From positions 30,951-94,950 of the forward strand of contig JAUCBJ010007687.1 in assembly GCA_032718475.1 (NCBI GenBank): 64,000 nt of DNA, written 5' to 3'. The translations under genes and the position numbers were made by a program. The notes under the pieces are model-generated. The model was not told the origin of the DNA. It did not search any database and saw only the letters and a list, made by a program, of their open reading frames with translations. The DNA is from Nemertoderma westbladi. Its lineage: Eukaryota; Animalia; Xenacoelomorpha. Shown here piece after piece: positions 14,001 through 27,100 of this stretch. The stretch's first letter is position 1; every line of letters starts with the position of its first letter.

Positions 14001-15895
14001 CTATAGGAGTTTCCACTTCACTAGCAGTATAGATGCGTGTAGGCTCCACACCTTGCGCATGAAATACTTCAGACCTAACAGGTTGACACATTGTTACAGG
14101 GGGTGGTGGTATACCCTTTTGTCTATTTACTAATTTATCGCGTTCTAACGCGATACTCTGCTGCACTTCTTGCAACTCTAACCTACTTTCCCTTAAGGTT
14201 CCCTTGAACTGTTGAACAGTCTCCTGCATCTGCCCGAGCAGGAGATCCATCCCCCGCCGTCTCTCATCCACCCACTCGACCGCCGAAGCGGGAGCTGCCA
14301 ACATAGTAGCGGGTAGACGAGGGACAACGGGCGACAAATCATTGATATCTCGCTCGGAGTCCAGGACAGGAACTGTCTCAGGGGCTGTTCTGCTGGGCAC
14401 AGGTAGTTTAGTGCTGTGCAAAGGGAATTTAGAGGTAGGTTCTGGGAGTAAAGGTGTCTCTATCACCGAAGGGGTGGCTTCGAGAACAGGCCTAATTATT
14501 TCAGGCACATCTACTATAGTAGGGAGTCTTTCTACTCTAATAATTTGGTCTGTGGGTTCTGTAATACCTAAGTCTGTGTTAGCTAGTTGCCTTCTCACAG
14601 CTGGGGGCAATTAGGCAATTTCTGACGGTGGGGCGTTCTTCTACGCCTACTTAGACGAGATCTATTTCCTCCGCCTTCAGGATCGGTGGTATCGCCTTCA
14701 TCAGATGATGTAAATCCCTGTCTTTTTGGAGTAGATCGACTTATCATCTGCATTTGACTAGCTGTTAACTGTTTATTTATGTAGTCTTGCTTCTCTTGAA
14801 GATTTTCCAACTCTAGTTGGGTGGTCTCTTCAGACGCCCTCCGTTCTGCTTCTGCCACTGCCTCTGCCGCTTTTCTTTCCGCTTCTGCCGCTGCCACTGC
14901 CGCTTTTCTTTCCGCTTCTGCGGCCTTTCTTTCAGCTTCTGCGGCTGCCATTGCCGCTTTCCTTTCAACTTCTGCCGCTGCCGCTGCTGCTATCTTTCTG
15001 TCTTCTATACGTTTTTTCTTTACTTGTTCTTCTTGGACCCTAGCGATGCGGATGCTTTCATCAAATTTAGCTTGATTCGCAGCTAACATTTCCGCATCTA
15101 TTGCGTCCAACACAAGCTTGGCTCCTTCACTATTAGGACGAAGTCCAGACAGCCTTCTCCTCAACTCTTCGTCACCTAGAAATCGTTGATAGTCTGACAG
15201 ATAGATGTCAATAGCATCCTTCTTCTGCGGTTTCTCTGCTGTCGCTTCGCTTTCCACTTGAGAAAAGGTAGCGTCTGTTGATTCTCCGTGGGTTGAGCGC
15301 TCAGCCAGCTGAAATTTCCGTTCCTTGAACCTTGAGACTCACCCGCTGAAACCAAGTCTTTACGGCAACTTGCAACGACGTGTCTTGTCTTCTTTTCGAA
15401 GCCTCCTCAAAGGCCGATAGGATTAGTCTGATTCTTAGAATTCTTTCTCCAACTTGATAAAGCAGCTCTCCCTGCTCTTGAGGTCCTTGGGGTTGTCGAA
15501 ACAGTTGGAAACAATACCCTAGTGAGTACGGCTGCAGGAAGAATGAGAAGGGGATCCGAATAAATCGCATCTGCCATCTTTGCTCTGCGCTCGGGAGTCA
15601 GCTCTACAGTATCCGAACTACTGGAGCTATCGGGCCGCTGAGAAATAAGTTCTCGGCTCGGGTGTTGCTGCTGTTTAACAGCTGCTTCTTGGTCCCGCTT
15701 GACTCGAGCCCGAGTGCCTATGATAGACCTACGGTGTTGGACTAGCCTAGGGTCTAATACTACTTCTGGAGGGATGATCTTTCTTACAGTAGGAGGTGAG
15801 TTGAACTTCGGTCTCAAACGTTCCACACTCCTATCTGGGTCACAGATGGTTGTATCTAGGAGACTGTCTGACAGGTTTTGCTTTGTGTCAGACAT
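8079..15895 (-). pseudogene. gag-pol of element A (several stops and frameshifts)
   Basis: Gag motif KFNGDEMKWLPF...EKLRFL, BEL triple zinc knuckle (CVLC..H, CYNC..GH, CAKC..HHILLH), protease LLDSGS, RT YMDDNL, RNase H LHVFGDAS, integrase YHAG..CIPC, GVDLFGP and WERLIRSVK. Confidence 0.92.
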
Positions 15896-17819
15896 GTTTG
15901 TTTATACAGTTGAATGCCTACTGCTATATTACAGTTAAAGCAAGTCTAGTAATTCAGTATCAACTGTTAGCGTAGTAATTAATTACCGATATCGTTACTC
16001 TATGTAACGCGATATATATACAATATATTAGAATACCGGTATACACTTATAGTATATATATAAGTATTATTACAGACTAGGTTTGTCACAGAATACCGGT
16101 ATATAATTTCAGCACAAATATATATAAATATATAATAAGCCTATCATGAATACCGGTATACAACTTACACTTATTGTATATAAGTATAATTATAGACTAG
16201 AATTAATTACAGAATACCGGTATATAATTTCAGCTCAAATTTATAGAAATAAATATAATAAGCCTATTGTAAATACCAGTATGTCAATTATTTTAGAATA
16301 ATTGAATTTCTGAATTTTAGGGGTTACTTGGTTACTTTACTTTACTTTATTACCGTTATTTAAGCAGTAGTCCAACTGATATTAAGACCTAATTGTTGTA
16401 TGACAGGCCTACTATTTTATAAATCGGTTTGAGTTGACTTATAATATATATATATATATACCCTGTAATGGGTTTTGTCAATATTTGAAATAAATATTAT
16501 TATTTCTGGTAAGGAGTCACTTCACAGAAGCTAAACGCTCTCAGTGTAGTGCTACTTATTGTATTGGACACTAAAACAAATAATTCTAATTTACTAAGTT
16601 ACTTATTACTACAACTTATGTACAATTGCGGGGTGAGATTACAATCTCTAAATAAACACAAAAAAATTACAAGTACAAATTTTAGGGGTAATTTTACAAG
16701 AAATCTACAAACCAGCCTAACAAGGGGTTATAATTTCTGGTTATTACAATGGACAGGATACTACGGTATTTGAAAATAATAAAGCAGTAGTAAATATATT
16801 GTGCTGTCTAGATAGGAAAAATACCACCGTCTGACGACTTATAGCCGTAACGCTATAAGTACTACATTATGTACCCGAAGTGTTCCTACCTAGAAGTTAA
16901 TTACCGCAGCCTACTATAGCTAACGTGCCTATTAACAACTTTACAACACAAATATACTGCCTACAAACTAATTACTTTCGGAAAGCACTGTACACTAAAC
17001 CCTAAATTAGGTACAAGTACTTATACAACAAATATCCAGCAGTTAAAAATACTTGTACAGCTAAAAGAACCACGGTATCTGCCGGAGTGACTAGAGCATA
17101 AAATCACCAGTCTTTACCTACGCCAAACAGCCCTGATGTAGTACCGGGGTTAATTTAACTATAACGGTATGTATAACAAGCACAATTACTGTTGGAATAA
17201 ACTTGGGGTTATGAATGTTGCAAATAATCGCATATACTCTGAATAATAGATATTACGCTACCCATACAGACTACACAAACAAAATACAGACCGAACGCTG
17301 GCAGACTACTATCAAGCCCAAATAAACTACAGTATATGCAGACTCCGAAATGGTTAGTTAGTATGCGTTCTAACCGAGTAGTACGACTTATTCTTTCGGG
17401 GGGGGGGGGGATTTACCTTACAGCACTGGATGCCCCCACATTCCTAACTAGTACTTTATCGGACATACACTCTACACACACTGCAATCTCTTCAGACCTA
17501 ACAACAGCCAGACAACAATCCAGCCTACAAATTATTTATACAATCTGAGCAGGTTACACGCCTTCTGCTCAATATTAACTTACAGATAAATAAAACTGAC
17601 AGAAATAAGTAAAATCTCAATAAAAAACCAGGGCTGCAGTCCCTGATTAAATATCAAGACGTACCGGTATATAATTATCAAAATTGAATAATACTGATGT
17701 ACCTGTACTGCTGTAAGTACCGGTAAGGGTGGTTAGGTAGTTAGGCCTACTGGTTACCGGTCGACCGGTACTTTTGCCTTAATTGCCTACGTTGCAATGT
17801 AGAAAGCTATAACTGTTAT

Positions 17820-18984
17820 TGTTCGCGCTTTTAGACCTTTAGCAGTTTAACCTGCCAAATTTAGGTGTCTTCTAGGTTATAAATCGACTTTAGCCTATAA
17901 CAAGTATTTGATATACATAAAGTTACATTAGCCGAAGCCAGCCTATGCGCGATCATTCACCCACGGTTAAGGGAGACTGGATTCGGATGCTCTGACCTTA
18001 TTGCGGTGTAGACCTACTGTATTATTCGATTGATCGTTACTATAATATCTCTGACAAATATTATTCACTTTCGGGAAATATTAACAGTTCCTTTAGGACG
18101 TGGCGCTCTAAGTATGTAAACAGAGTTATGACTTACACTAAACACAACGGGATGGCTAGTGATTCACGTATAAAGCGCATTCTTTAGGAAATGCTTTGTT
18201 ATCTGTCATACTCATGCACATTACCGCACACTGCTGCACACTGATCTGCCGACCTTCACTAAATTTGATCATATGTAAGGAGAACAGCAACTGACACATG
18301 TAGGGCCTATGAAATAGCATTCAATTCACTCCAAAACCACTATAATGTAAGTCGCAATTGCTATATGTAACCGGTCTCTCTAACCTTCAGTATATCAAGA
18401 AGATTGGGGTTTTCTGATTATTTATCGATATTCTCCAAATATAACAACATATCCATCAACTGATACAATTAATAACCGACAGTAAATAGCAGTAAAATAA
18501 TGCGGTGTTTGTATGTGATCAGGTTTGACAATATGACAATATGATAACAGTTATACGTTTCTATGATCAAAGCTGTTCTAATGTTTGGCTAATAATAATT
18601 CCACAGCCGATGTTCTGGGCTCAGGTAAAAAGGTAAACAAAGACCATAATGCATTGCGCGATTTCCCGGAGGCTTCTGTGCAAATAAAATGAAAATCGCT
18701 CTGATTGGTCGAGTGAGTGAGCCTGAACAAAGAAAGCCAAAAGCTCCACATCGACATATCAGCTGATAGATGTCGTCTTCTAAACTACACTGTATTAAGA
18801 GTATTTTGACGCATTGCGGCATAAAATGGCTTGTTATGTCCGCCAAAGTACACATACAGAATAATGGCTTTTTATGTCCGCTAAAACACCTACACAGTAA
18901 GAAAATGGCTTTTTATGTCCACTAAAATACCTACACAGTACTTTGCGGGGAAAATGACTAGCTATATCCGCAAAAGCTTTTACA
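17820..18984 (-). repeat. 5' LTR of element A (1165 bp)
   Basis: TG...CA termini. Both ends read as identical to 3490-3571 and 4969-5167. Homologous to 21202-22381. Confidence 0.9.
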
Positions 18985-19247
18985 ACCAGCCAGTGCATAA
19001 TCTTGTGCTTCGGCGCCCTCGTGGAGTGAATAAGCATGGTGGACAGCCCATGACTTTCTTGAGACGCATCTTAAAGGACACTGGCCTTGAAGATGCGGAT
19101 GATCTAGCAAATATCATGGGTGATAGGGAGTTGTGGCGGCTCAATTTAGTCGACGAGCCATCGCAGTATTCTTAATATTTATGTAATATATATATATATA
19201 TATAATGCAGCTGCAATGCAGTATGCCGATCGTAGTAGTAGTAGTAG
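18985..19247 (+). mobile_element. 3' end of RTE-like LINE; its left piece is 3458-3489 and it is split by element A
   Basis: Homologous to 4745-4970. 3458-3489 matches 4718-4749. Ends in a (GTA)n tail at 19232-19247. Confidence 0.85.
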
Positions 19248-19251
19248 GTTA

Positions 19252-20280
19252 TTAAGTCGATTAAGTCGAATTTGGGCCAAAAAATTGACATTTTTAAGTA
19301 TATCCCATCTAAATCAGAATGTAACGGGGATTCCAAATCGAAAAACAGTTTTTCCATATTTTGTTTCATTCACGAGATATCATGCCTGAAGTACGGGTAG
19401 TTTTATAGGTACAGTAGTTGAGTAGGCTGAATTTGCGTTTCACAGATAGTTGTCATATTTAAATAAAATATTTTTTATTTTTATTTATTTTATTGTCATA
19501 AAATCATATTTGTGTCAACTTTAAGATATTTTAGAGGTTATTTTTTAATTCAGCACCCCTATTTTAGTGCATATAGCAAGTATTGGTATTCTACTCATTG
19601 CAGAATTAATTATGTGACAATAATTTAGTTGTTCGCTAAATATTCAAAGCTCGATATTTCTGGCTTACTCTAATTCACATTTTCCCGTGAATTATTTTTT
19701 CGCTACGAGCATGTCTTTAAAAAAATGTCACACCCTTCATTTTTATCGTATAGAGCTCATTCAGGTCTCATTTTAAAGGGGATTTTCAGGAGAACAAATG
19801 TTAGTATATTTTACAGAGGGACTTTCAAGATAACTCACTAATTGACTGCAATGAAATATAATAACTCCAGAATTTGCGAAAGCTTACCGTTTAAATGATG
19901 GATAGCTCTTCTTTGCATATAGCATTCGTTTTGACTTATACTAACATTTGTTCTGAAAATTATCTTTAAAATGAGACCTGAATGAGCTCTGTAGGCCTAC
20001 GATAAAAAATGAAGGTAGTGAAACATTTTTAGACACGCTCATAGCGAAAAAATCATTCACGGGAAAATGTGGAAAAATTAATATCGCGACATTAGAGACT
20101 ACCCGTACTTCACACATGATATCTCGTGAACGAAACAAAATTATGGAAAAACTGTTTTTAGATTTGGAATCACCATTACAATGTGATTCAGATGGGATAT
20201 ACTGGGATTTTAGATAGATGGGATTTTTAATTTTTTGGTCCAAATTCGACTACCCCCCCCCCCCCCCCCCCCCCCCTTAA
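19252..20280. mobile_element. Non-autonomous foldback DNA transposon (possibly Kolobok-like)
   Basis: Long imperfect inverted repeats 19264-19400 / 20099-20251 and inner 19676-19810 / 19940-20075. Right end (C)nTTAA. No ORF. Confidence 0.6.
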
Positions 20281-20565
20281 ACAAACACAACTAGTTTATT
20301 TACCGGTACATATAGTACTATAAAACTCATTATACAACCCGTTTTGGTTTGATTTTTCATTATTCTTTGTACATTTATACACTCATTTTCTTATTGCCTT
20401 CGCTTTGCTCGGCGAATATCTTACCGCAACGCTATAAAGTGATACTTTTTGATCAACAAAAAATTATGAATGCGTCTAGTTATTATTATTATGTAATATA
20501 CTCAGTGATCGTAAAGTAAATTACTATCGCTCTGAATATACTTTATAGTAATTTTATTAGTTTCA

Positions 20566-21201
20566 CATGGGAACAATGTAGGCCTACAGTACAGTATACA
20601 GGACATGGGAACTATGTAGGCTTACAGTACAGTATACAGGACATTGCAACTATGTAGGCCTACAGTACAGTATACAGGACATGGGAACTATGTTGGCCTA
20701 CAGTACAGTATACAGGACATGGGAACTATGTAGGCCTACAGTACAGTATACAGGACATGGGAACTATGTAGGCCTACAGTATACAGTATACAGGACATGG
20801 GAACTATGTAGGCCTACAGTACAGTATACAGGACATGGGAACTATGTAGGCCTACAGTACAGTATACAGGACATGGGAACTACATTATGTAGGCCTACAG
20901 TACAGTATACAGGACATGGGAACTATGTAGGCCTACAGTACAGTATACAGGACATGGGAACTATGTAGGCCTACAGTACAGAAGACAGGACATGGGAACT
21001 ACAGTATGTAGGCCTACAGTACAGTATACAGGACATGGGAACTACGGGTATATGGCCTACAGTACAGTATACAGGAGATTGGAACTATGTAGGCCTACAG
21101 TACAGTATACAGGACATGGGAACTATGTAGGCCTACAGTACAGTATACAGGACATGGGAACTATGTAGGCCTACAGTACAGTATACAGGACATGGGAACT
21201 A
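20566..21201. repeat. 38-bp minisatellite (about 17 copies), resumes at 46724-46791
   Basis: Unit catgggaactatgtaggcctacagtacagtatacagga. The array is interrupted in register by element B. Confidence 0.95.
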
Positions 21202-22381
21202 TGTAAAAGCTTTTGCGGACATAACAAGTCATTTTTCCCGCAATGAGCAGTGTAGGGGCTTTTGCGGACATAACAAGTCATTTTTCCGCAATGCGCAGAA
21301 TACTTTAAAATAGCCCTGAATTTGTCCAACTATGCGACGGGAGGGAATTGGAGCTGGTGTGACGACATCTATCAGCTGATTCTCTGTGGACGTGGAACTT
21401 TTCTTTGTTCTGCCTCGTCAGCCAATCAGAGCGATTTTCCCCCTTATGTCTGACAGAGGCCTATGGAAACCCGCGCAATGCATTACGGTCTTTGTTTACT
21501 ATTTTTCTGAGCACCAGAACCGGCTCGGAATCTTCTGTACTTCTGTGTAGAAGTTTCAGACTTTGGCCTAAACATCAGATGGCTTTGATTATAAGAATGT
21601 AAATCTATTATCCAACCACCTACCTGGATCATTTACTTCTCCTGAAACTCACCTGACTGCCTGACTTTCATAACTGCATAAGTAACACATACTGACTGTT
21701 CACCGCATTATTTTACTTCTGTTATTAATTGTTGTTATATTGATGGATATTGTTGTTATATTATGAGAATACCGATAAATAATCATAAAACCCCCAATCT
21801 TCTTGATTACTGAAGGTAAGAGGAACAGGTTTACCGGTAGCAGCTGCGACTTAAATTATAGTGGTTTTTGTGTGAATTAAATGCTATTTCATAATCCCTA
21901 CAAGTGTCAGTTGCGATCTTCCTTATATATGATCAAATTCAGTGATGGTCGGCAGATTAGTGCGCAGTAGTGTGAAGTAGTGTGAAGTAGTGTGAAAGAT
22001 AATAAAGCATCTCCTAAAGAATGCGCTATTTACGAAACTCTGTGGCCATCTAGTTGTGATAAGTATAAGTCATAACTCTGTTTTTATACTTAAAGCGCCA
22101 CGTCCTAAAGGAACTGTTAATATTTCCCCGAAAGTAAATATATTTGTCAGAGATTATATAGTAACGATCAATCGAATAATACAGTAGGTCTACACTGCAA
22201 TAATTCTCAAAGCATCCGAATCCAGTCTCCCAAAACCGTGGGTGAATGATCGCGCACAGACTGGCTTCGGCTGATGTAACTTCAGTACACTAAATAATCG
22301 ATATAGGCTAAAGTCTATTTATAAACAAGAGGACAACTAAAATTGGCAGGTTAAACTGCTAAAGGTCTAAAAGCGCGAACA
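21202..22381 (+). repeat. 5' LTR of element B (1180 bp)
   Basis: TGTAAAAGC...GCGCGAACA, matching 43585-44440 plus 46394-46723. Confidence 0.9.
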
Positions 22382-24185
22382 ATAATAGATTTTTTATCTT
22401 GATTGCACAGTAGGCAATAAATATTTTGTCTATTGTTCTGGTAAGAACAATAATAGATTTTAAGTTTCTTTATTGCGCCGTAGGCAATAAAGTCGAATGT
22501 ACCGGTCAGACGGTAAACTGTAGGCCTAACTGCCAAACCACCCGAACCGGTACTTACCGGTACCAGTATTATTTCGATTGTGATATATTGTATATTAGTA
22601 GGCTGTTTAAGAAAGTAGGGACTGTACACCCCTTATTTCTTTTAGAGCTTATTTATTTCTGTCAGTTTTATTTATCTGAAAGTGTAATATTGAGCAGAAG
22701 GTGTGTATAAACCTGCTCAGATTGTATAAATAATTTGTAGGCCAGATTGTTGTCTAGCTGTTGTTAGGTCTGATGCGATTGCAGTGTGTGTAGAGTGTCT
22801 GTCCGATAAAGTGCTAGTTAGGAAGGTGGGGGCATCCAGTGTTGTAAGGTAAATCCCCCCCGAAAGAATAAGTTGTACTACTTGGTTAGAACGCCTACTA
22901 ACTAACCATTTCGGAGTCTGCATATACTGTAATTTATTTAGGCTTGACAGTAGTCTGCCAGCATTTGGTCTGTATTTTGTTTGAATCGTCTGCAAGGGTA
23001 GCGTAATATTTATTATTCAGAGTTTATGCGAGTATTCGCAACCACCAACTCCCCAAGTTTATTCCTACAGTAATTGTGCTTATTATACATACCGTTATAG
23101 TTAAATTAACCCCGGTACTACATCAGGGCTGCTTGGCGTAGGTAAAGACTGGTGATTTTGTGCTCCGGTCACTCCAGCAGATACCGTGGTTCTTTTGGCT
23201 GTTCAAGTATATTTAACTGCTGGTTATTTGTTGTATAAGTACTTGTACCTAATTTAGGGTTTAGGGTACAGTGCTTTCCGAAAGTAATTTAGTGTGTAGG
23301 CAGTATATTTGTGTTGTAATGTGGTTAAAAGGCATGTTAGCTCTGGTTGGCTTCGGTAATTAACCTCTAGGTAAGGACACTCCAGGTACATAACGTAGTA
23401 CTTATAGAGCTAAGACTATAAGTCGTCAGACGGTGGTATTTTCTTATCTGGACAACGCAACTTACTTACTACTGCTTTATTGTTTTCAAATACCGTAGTT
23501 TCCTGTCAGTTTGTAAGAACCAGAAATTCTAACTCCTTGTTAGGCTGGTTCGTAGATTTCTTATAAAATTACCCTAAAAAAATGTATGTGTAACTTGTTA
23601 TTGTTTATTTAGAGATTGTAATCTCAAACTGTAATTGTAAGTAATTTGTAGTGATAAGTAACTTAGTAAAGTAGAATTATCTGTGTAGTGACTCCTTATC
23701 CAGAAATAATAACATTTATTTCAAATATTGTCAAAACCCATTATACAGGTATATATATATTTATAAATCAACTCAAACAGATTTATAAAATAGTAGGCCT
23801 GTTATACATCAATTAGGTCTTAATATCAGTTGAACTACTGCTTAATAACAGTAATAAGTAAAAGGGAAGTAACCCTAAAATTCAGAATTTCAGTTATTAT
23901 AAAATAATTGACATTACCGGTGCGGTATTTACGGTAGGCTTATTATATATTATTATATAAATTTAGGCTAAAAATAAGTACCGGTATTCTGTGACTAAAT
24001 CCTAGTCTGTAATAATACTTATATATATACTATAAGTGTATACCGGTATTTTAATATTATATATATATCACGTTACACTGAGTAATGGTATCGGTAATTA
24101 ATTACTAGGCTTACAGTTGATACTGAATTACTAGACTTGCTTTAACTGTCGTTATAGTAGTAGGCATTCAACTGTAAAATAAATC

Positions 24186-27100
24186 ATGGCTGACACAAAG
24201 CAAACACTGTCAGATAGTCTTCTAGAAAGAACAGTCTATGACTCAGATAAGAGTATAGAACATCTGAGACCGAAGTCCAAGTCCCCTCCTACTGTAAGAA
24301 AGGTCATCCCTACAGTAGTAGTAACAGACCCTAGGCTAGTAAAGCACCATAGGTCTATCTAGGCACTAGGGCTCAAGTTAAGCGGGACCAAGAGGCAGCT
24401 GTTAAGCAGCAGCAGCACCCGAACCGAGAACTTATTTCTCAACGGCATGATAACTCTAGCAGTTCAGACACTGTAGAGTTGACGCCCGAGATCGGAGCAA
24501 GGATGGCAGAAGCGGTTTATCTATATCCACTTCTAATTCTTCCTGGGGCCGTACTCACTAGAGTATTGATCGCTGTGGAAGAACATCAAATCGATTGGGC
24601 GAGAAGTAAGCGATCGACCAGGGACAGTTATGCGGGATACACGATGGAGGAACTGAGGTCTATTGTCGAGACGCAATGGAACTTCCCTGGACCCAGCCTC
24701 CCGTTTAACTTATCAGAAGCTGCCTGGGAGGACTTATACAGGATGGGCATAGTAAGAGAAACCTGCGATCCAGCTGTATGGAAGAGGTCGGCAGCAGGAT
24801 ATGTCCAGGGATTCTTCAGCTCTTTGGAGCGATTAGAAGAACACCTATTCCAACAACGCCAAGGACCTCAAGAGCAGGGAGAGCTGCTTTATCAAGTGCG
24901 AGAACGAATCTGACGGATCAGACTAATCCTTTCAGCCTTTGAGGAAGCCTCGAAGAGAAGCCAAGACACATCGTTGCATGTTGCTGTAAAGACTTGGTTC
25001 CAACGCGTGAGTCTTAAGGTCCAAGGAACGACACAATGGAAAGCTCAGCTAACCGAGCGCATGACCCACGGAGAATCAACAGATGCCACCTTTTCTCAAG
25101 TGGAAGGCGAAGCGACAACAGAAAAACCTCAGAAGAAGGATGCTATTGACATCTATCTATCGGACTATCAAAGATTTATAGGTGACAAAGAGTTAAGGAG
25201 ACGGCTAGCTGGACTTCACCCTAATTGTGAGGGAGCCAAGTTTGTGTTGGACTCGTTAGATGCAGAAATATTAGCTGCAGAACAGGCTAAATTGGATGAA
25301 AGCATTTTCCTCGCAATGGACCAAGAAGAACAACTAAAGAAAAAACAGATTGAAGACCGAAAGTTGGCAGCAGCGGCTGAATCTGAAAGAAAGGAAGCAG
25401 CGGCAGCAGCAGAATCTGAAAGAAAGGAAGCAGCAGCAGCAGCAGTGGCAGAAGCAGAGTGACGCGCATCTGAAGAGACAACCCAACTAGAGTTGGAAAA
25501 TCTTCAAGTGAAGCAAGATAACTTAAATAAACAGAGAACAGCTACTCATATGCAGTTGCTGAGTCGATCTACTCCCAGAAGACAGGGATTTACCTCCTCT
25601 AATGAAGGCGATACAACAGATCCTGAAGGTAGAGGAAATAAATCTCGTTCCAGCGGACGTAGAAGAGCACCACACCGGCAGAAATTGCCTGATTTGCCTC
25701 TGGCTGTGAGAAGACAACTAGCTAGTGTAGATTTAAGTAATCCTGAGCCTACAGACCAAATTATTAGAGTAGAAAGACTCCCTACTATAGTAGACGAGCC
25801 CGAAATAATTAGGCCTGTCATTGAAGTCACTCCAGTGCTAGAGACCCCTGTACTTACAGAACCTAACTCTAAATTCCCTTTGCACAGTACTAAACTACCT
25901 GTGCCCAGTAGACTAGCCCCTGAATCACTCCCGGTCCTGGACGCCGAGCAAGACATAAATGACTTGTCTCCCGTCATCCCCACGCGTCACCCGGCTACCA
26001 CGTTGGCGGCTCCCGCGGCAGCGGTTGAGTGGGTGGACGAGGGACGACGGGGGATGAATCGCCTGCTCGGGCAGCTAGAAGAACATAAACAACGTTCTTC
26101 CCAGCAGGTCCGAGAGTTGGAAGGGACTGTTCAGCAGTTAAAGGGAACAATGAGAGAGAGTAGGTTAGAGTTGCAAGAAGTGCAACAAAGTATCGCTTTA
26201 GAGCACGATAAATTAGTAAATATACAAATGGGTATACCACCACCCCCTGTAACAATGTGTCAACCCGTTAGGTCTGAAGTATTTCATGCGCAAGGTGTGG
26301 AGCCTACACGCATCTATACTGCGAGTGAAGTAGAAACTCCTATAGTAAACCCTATTAAGGGTAATTATAAACCTGTTGATAATGATATCCCATACAGATC
26401 TGATCATAATCCGAGAAATTTATATACCGATAACTCGATATTAAATAATACGATGGCTCAAGAAAGTTTTACACGTCAAATGGCTAGAACTGAAGCCCGT
26501 CAAGCGGTAAAGGTGGGAGAGGTCGTCAAGTTTAATGGAGATGAGATGAAATGGTTACCTTTTAATGAATATTATAAAGATAACATACAGAACTCTGTAC
26601 TATCCAACGGAGAGAAACTTAGATTCCTCATCGAGTGCCTGGAAGGACCTCCCAAGTTAATGGCGTTAAAGTTTATTGGATATCCAGATGGATTAAGACA
26701 AGTTTGGGATACACTAAACATCAGGTATGGTAATAGGACTAACATAGCTAGGTATTTATATGCGAAATTAGTAGCGCCCCGAAAGTTTCTTAGCAGAGGG
26801 ATTATAGAGTTTTCCGATGAGATTCAGGAGATCTGCAGACAGTTAGATTGGTTAGGTAAGTCTCAGGAATATTAGAGTTCTACGGTTGTTGGAGCTGTAG
26901 CATCTACTTTGCCAAAGGGTGGAGTAGGTACTCGTTGGGACAAAAAGGTTCTCTATATGATGGACCAGCAACAAAGAGACCCTACCATGGCTGATCTCAT
27001 GTCATTCTTAAACGGAGAGGTAAGATTACAGCTCCTAAAGCAGTCCAGAGAGAAGACACCGGAAAGTAAGGTGAGTGAAAAACCCATTTCCAGGAGAAAG

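Larger units (their letters stand above)
3490..18984 (-). mobile_element. BEL/Pao LTR retrotransposon copy A (defective, giant family)
   Basis: LTR termini TGTAAAAGC...GCGAACA on the minus strand. Near-perfect TSD ACCGG (3485-3489) / ACCAG (18985-18989). PPT-like GGGAGCGG at 5168-5175. BEL-order gag-PR-RT-RH-IN. Splits a LINE fragment. Confidence 0.92.

Noticed and set aside
20375-20432. Possible extra minus-strand host exon after a tatAG acceptor
   Set aside because: The phase-1 frame hits TAA after three codons and shows no domain similarity.
20566-21201. Regular 38-bp repeats resembling a CRISPR array, and ORF 20681..20968
   Set aside because: No unique spacers; a plain minisatellite in a eukaryotic intron.
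21202-22381. Solo LTR
   Set aside because: Its own flanks differ (AACTA versus ATAAT); the matching TSD is at 46724-46728.
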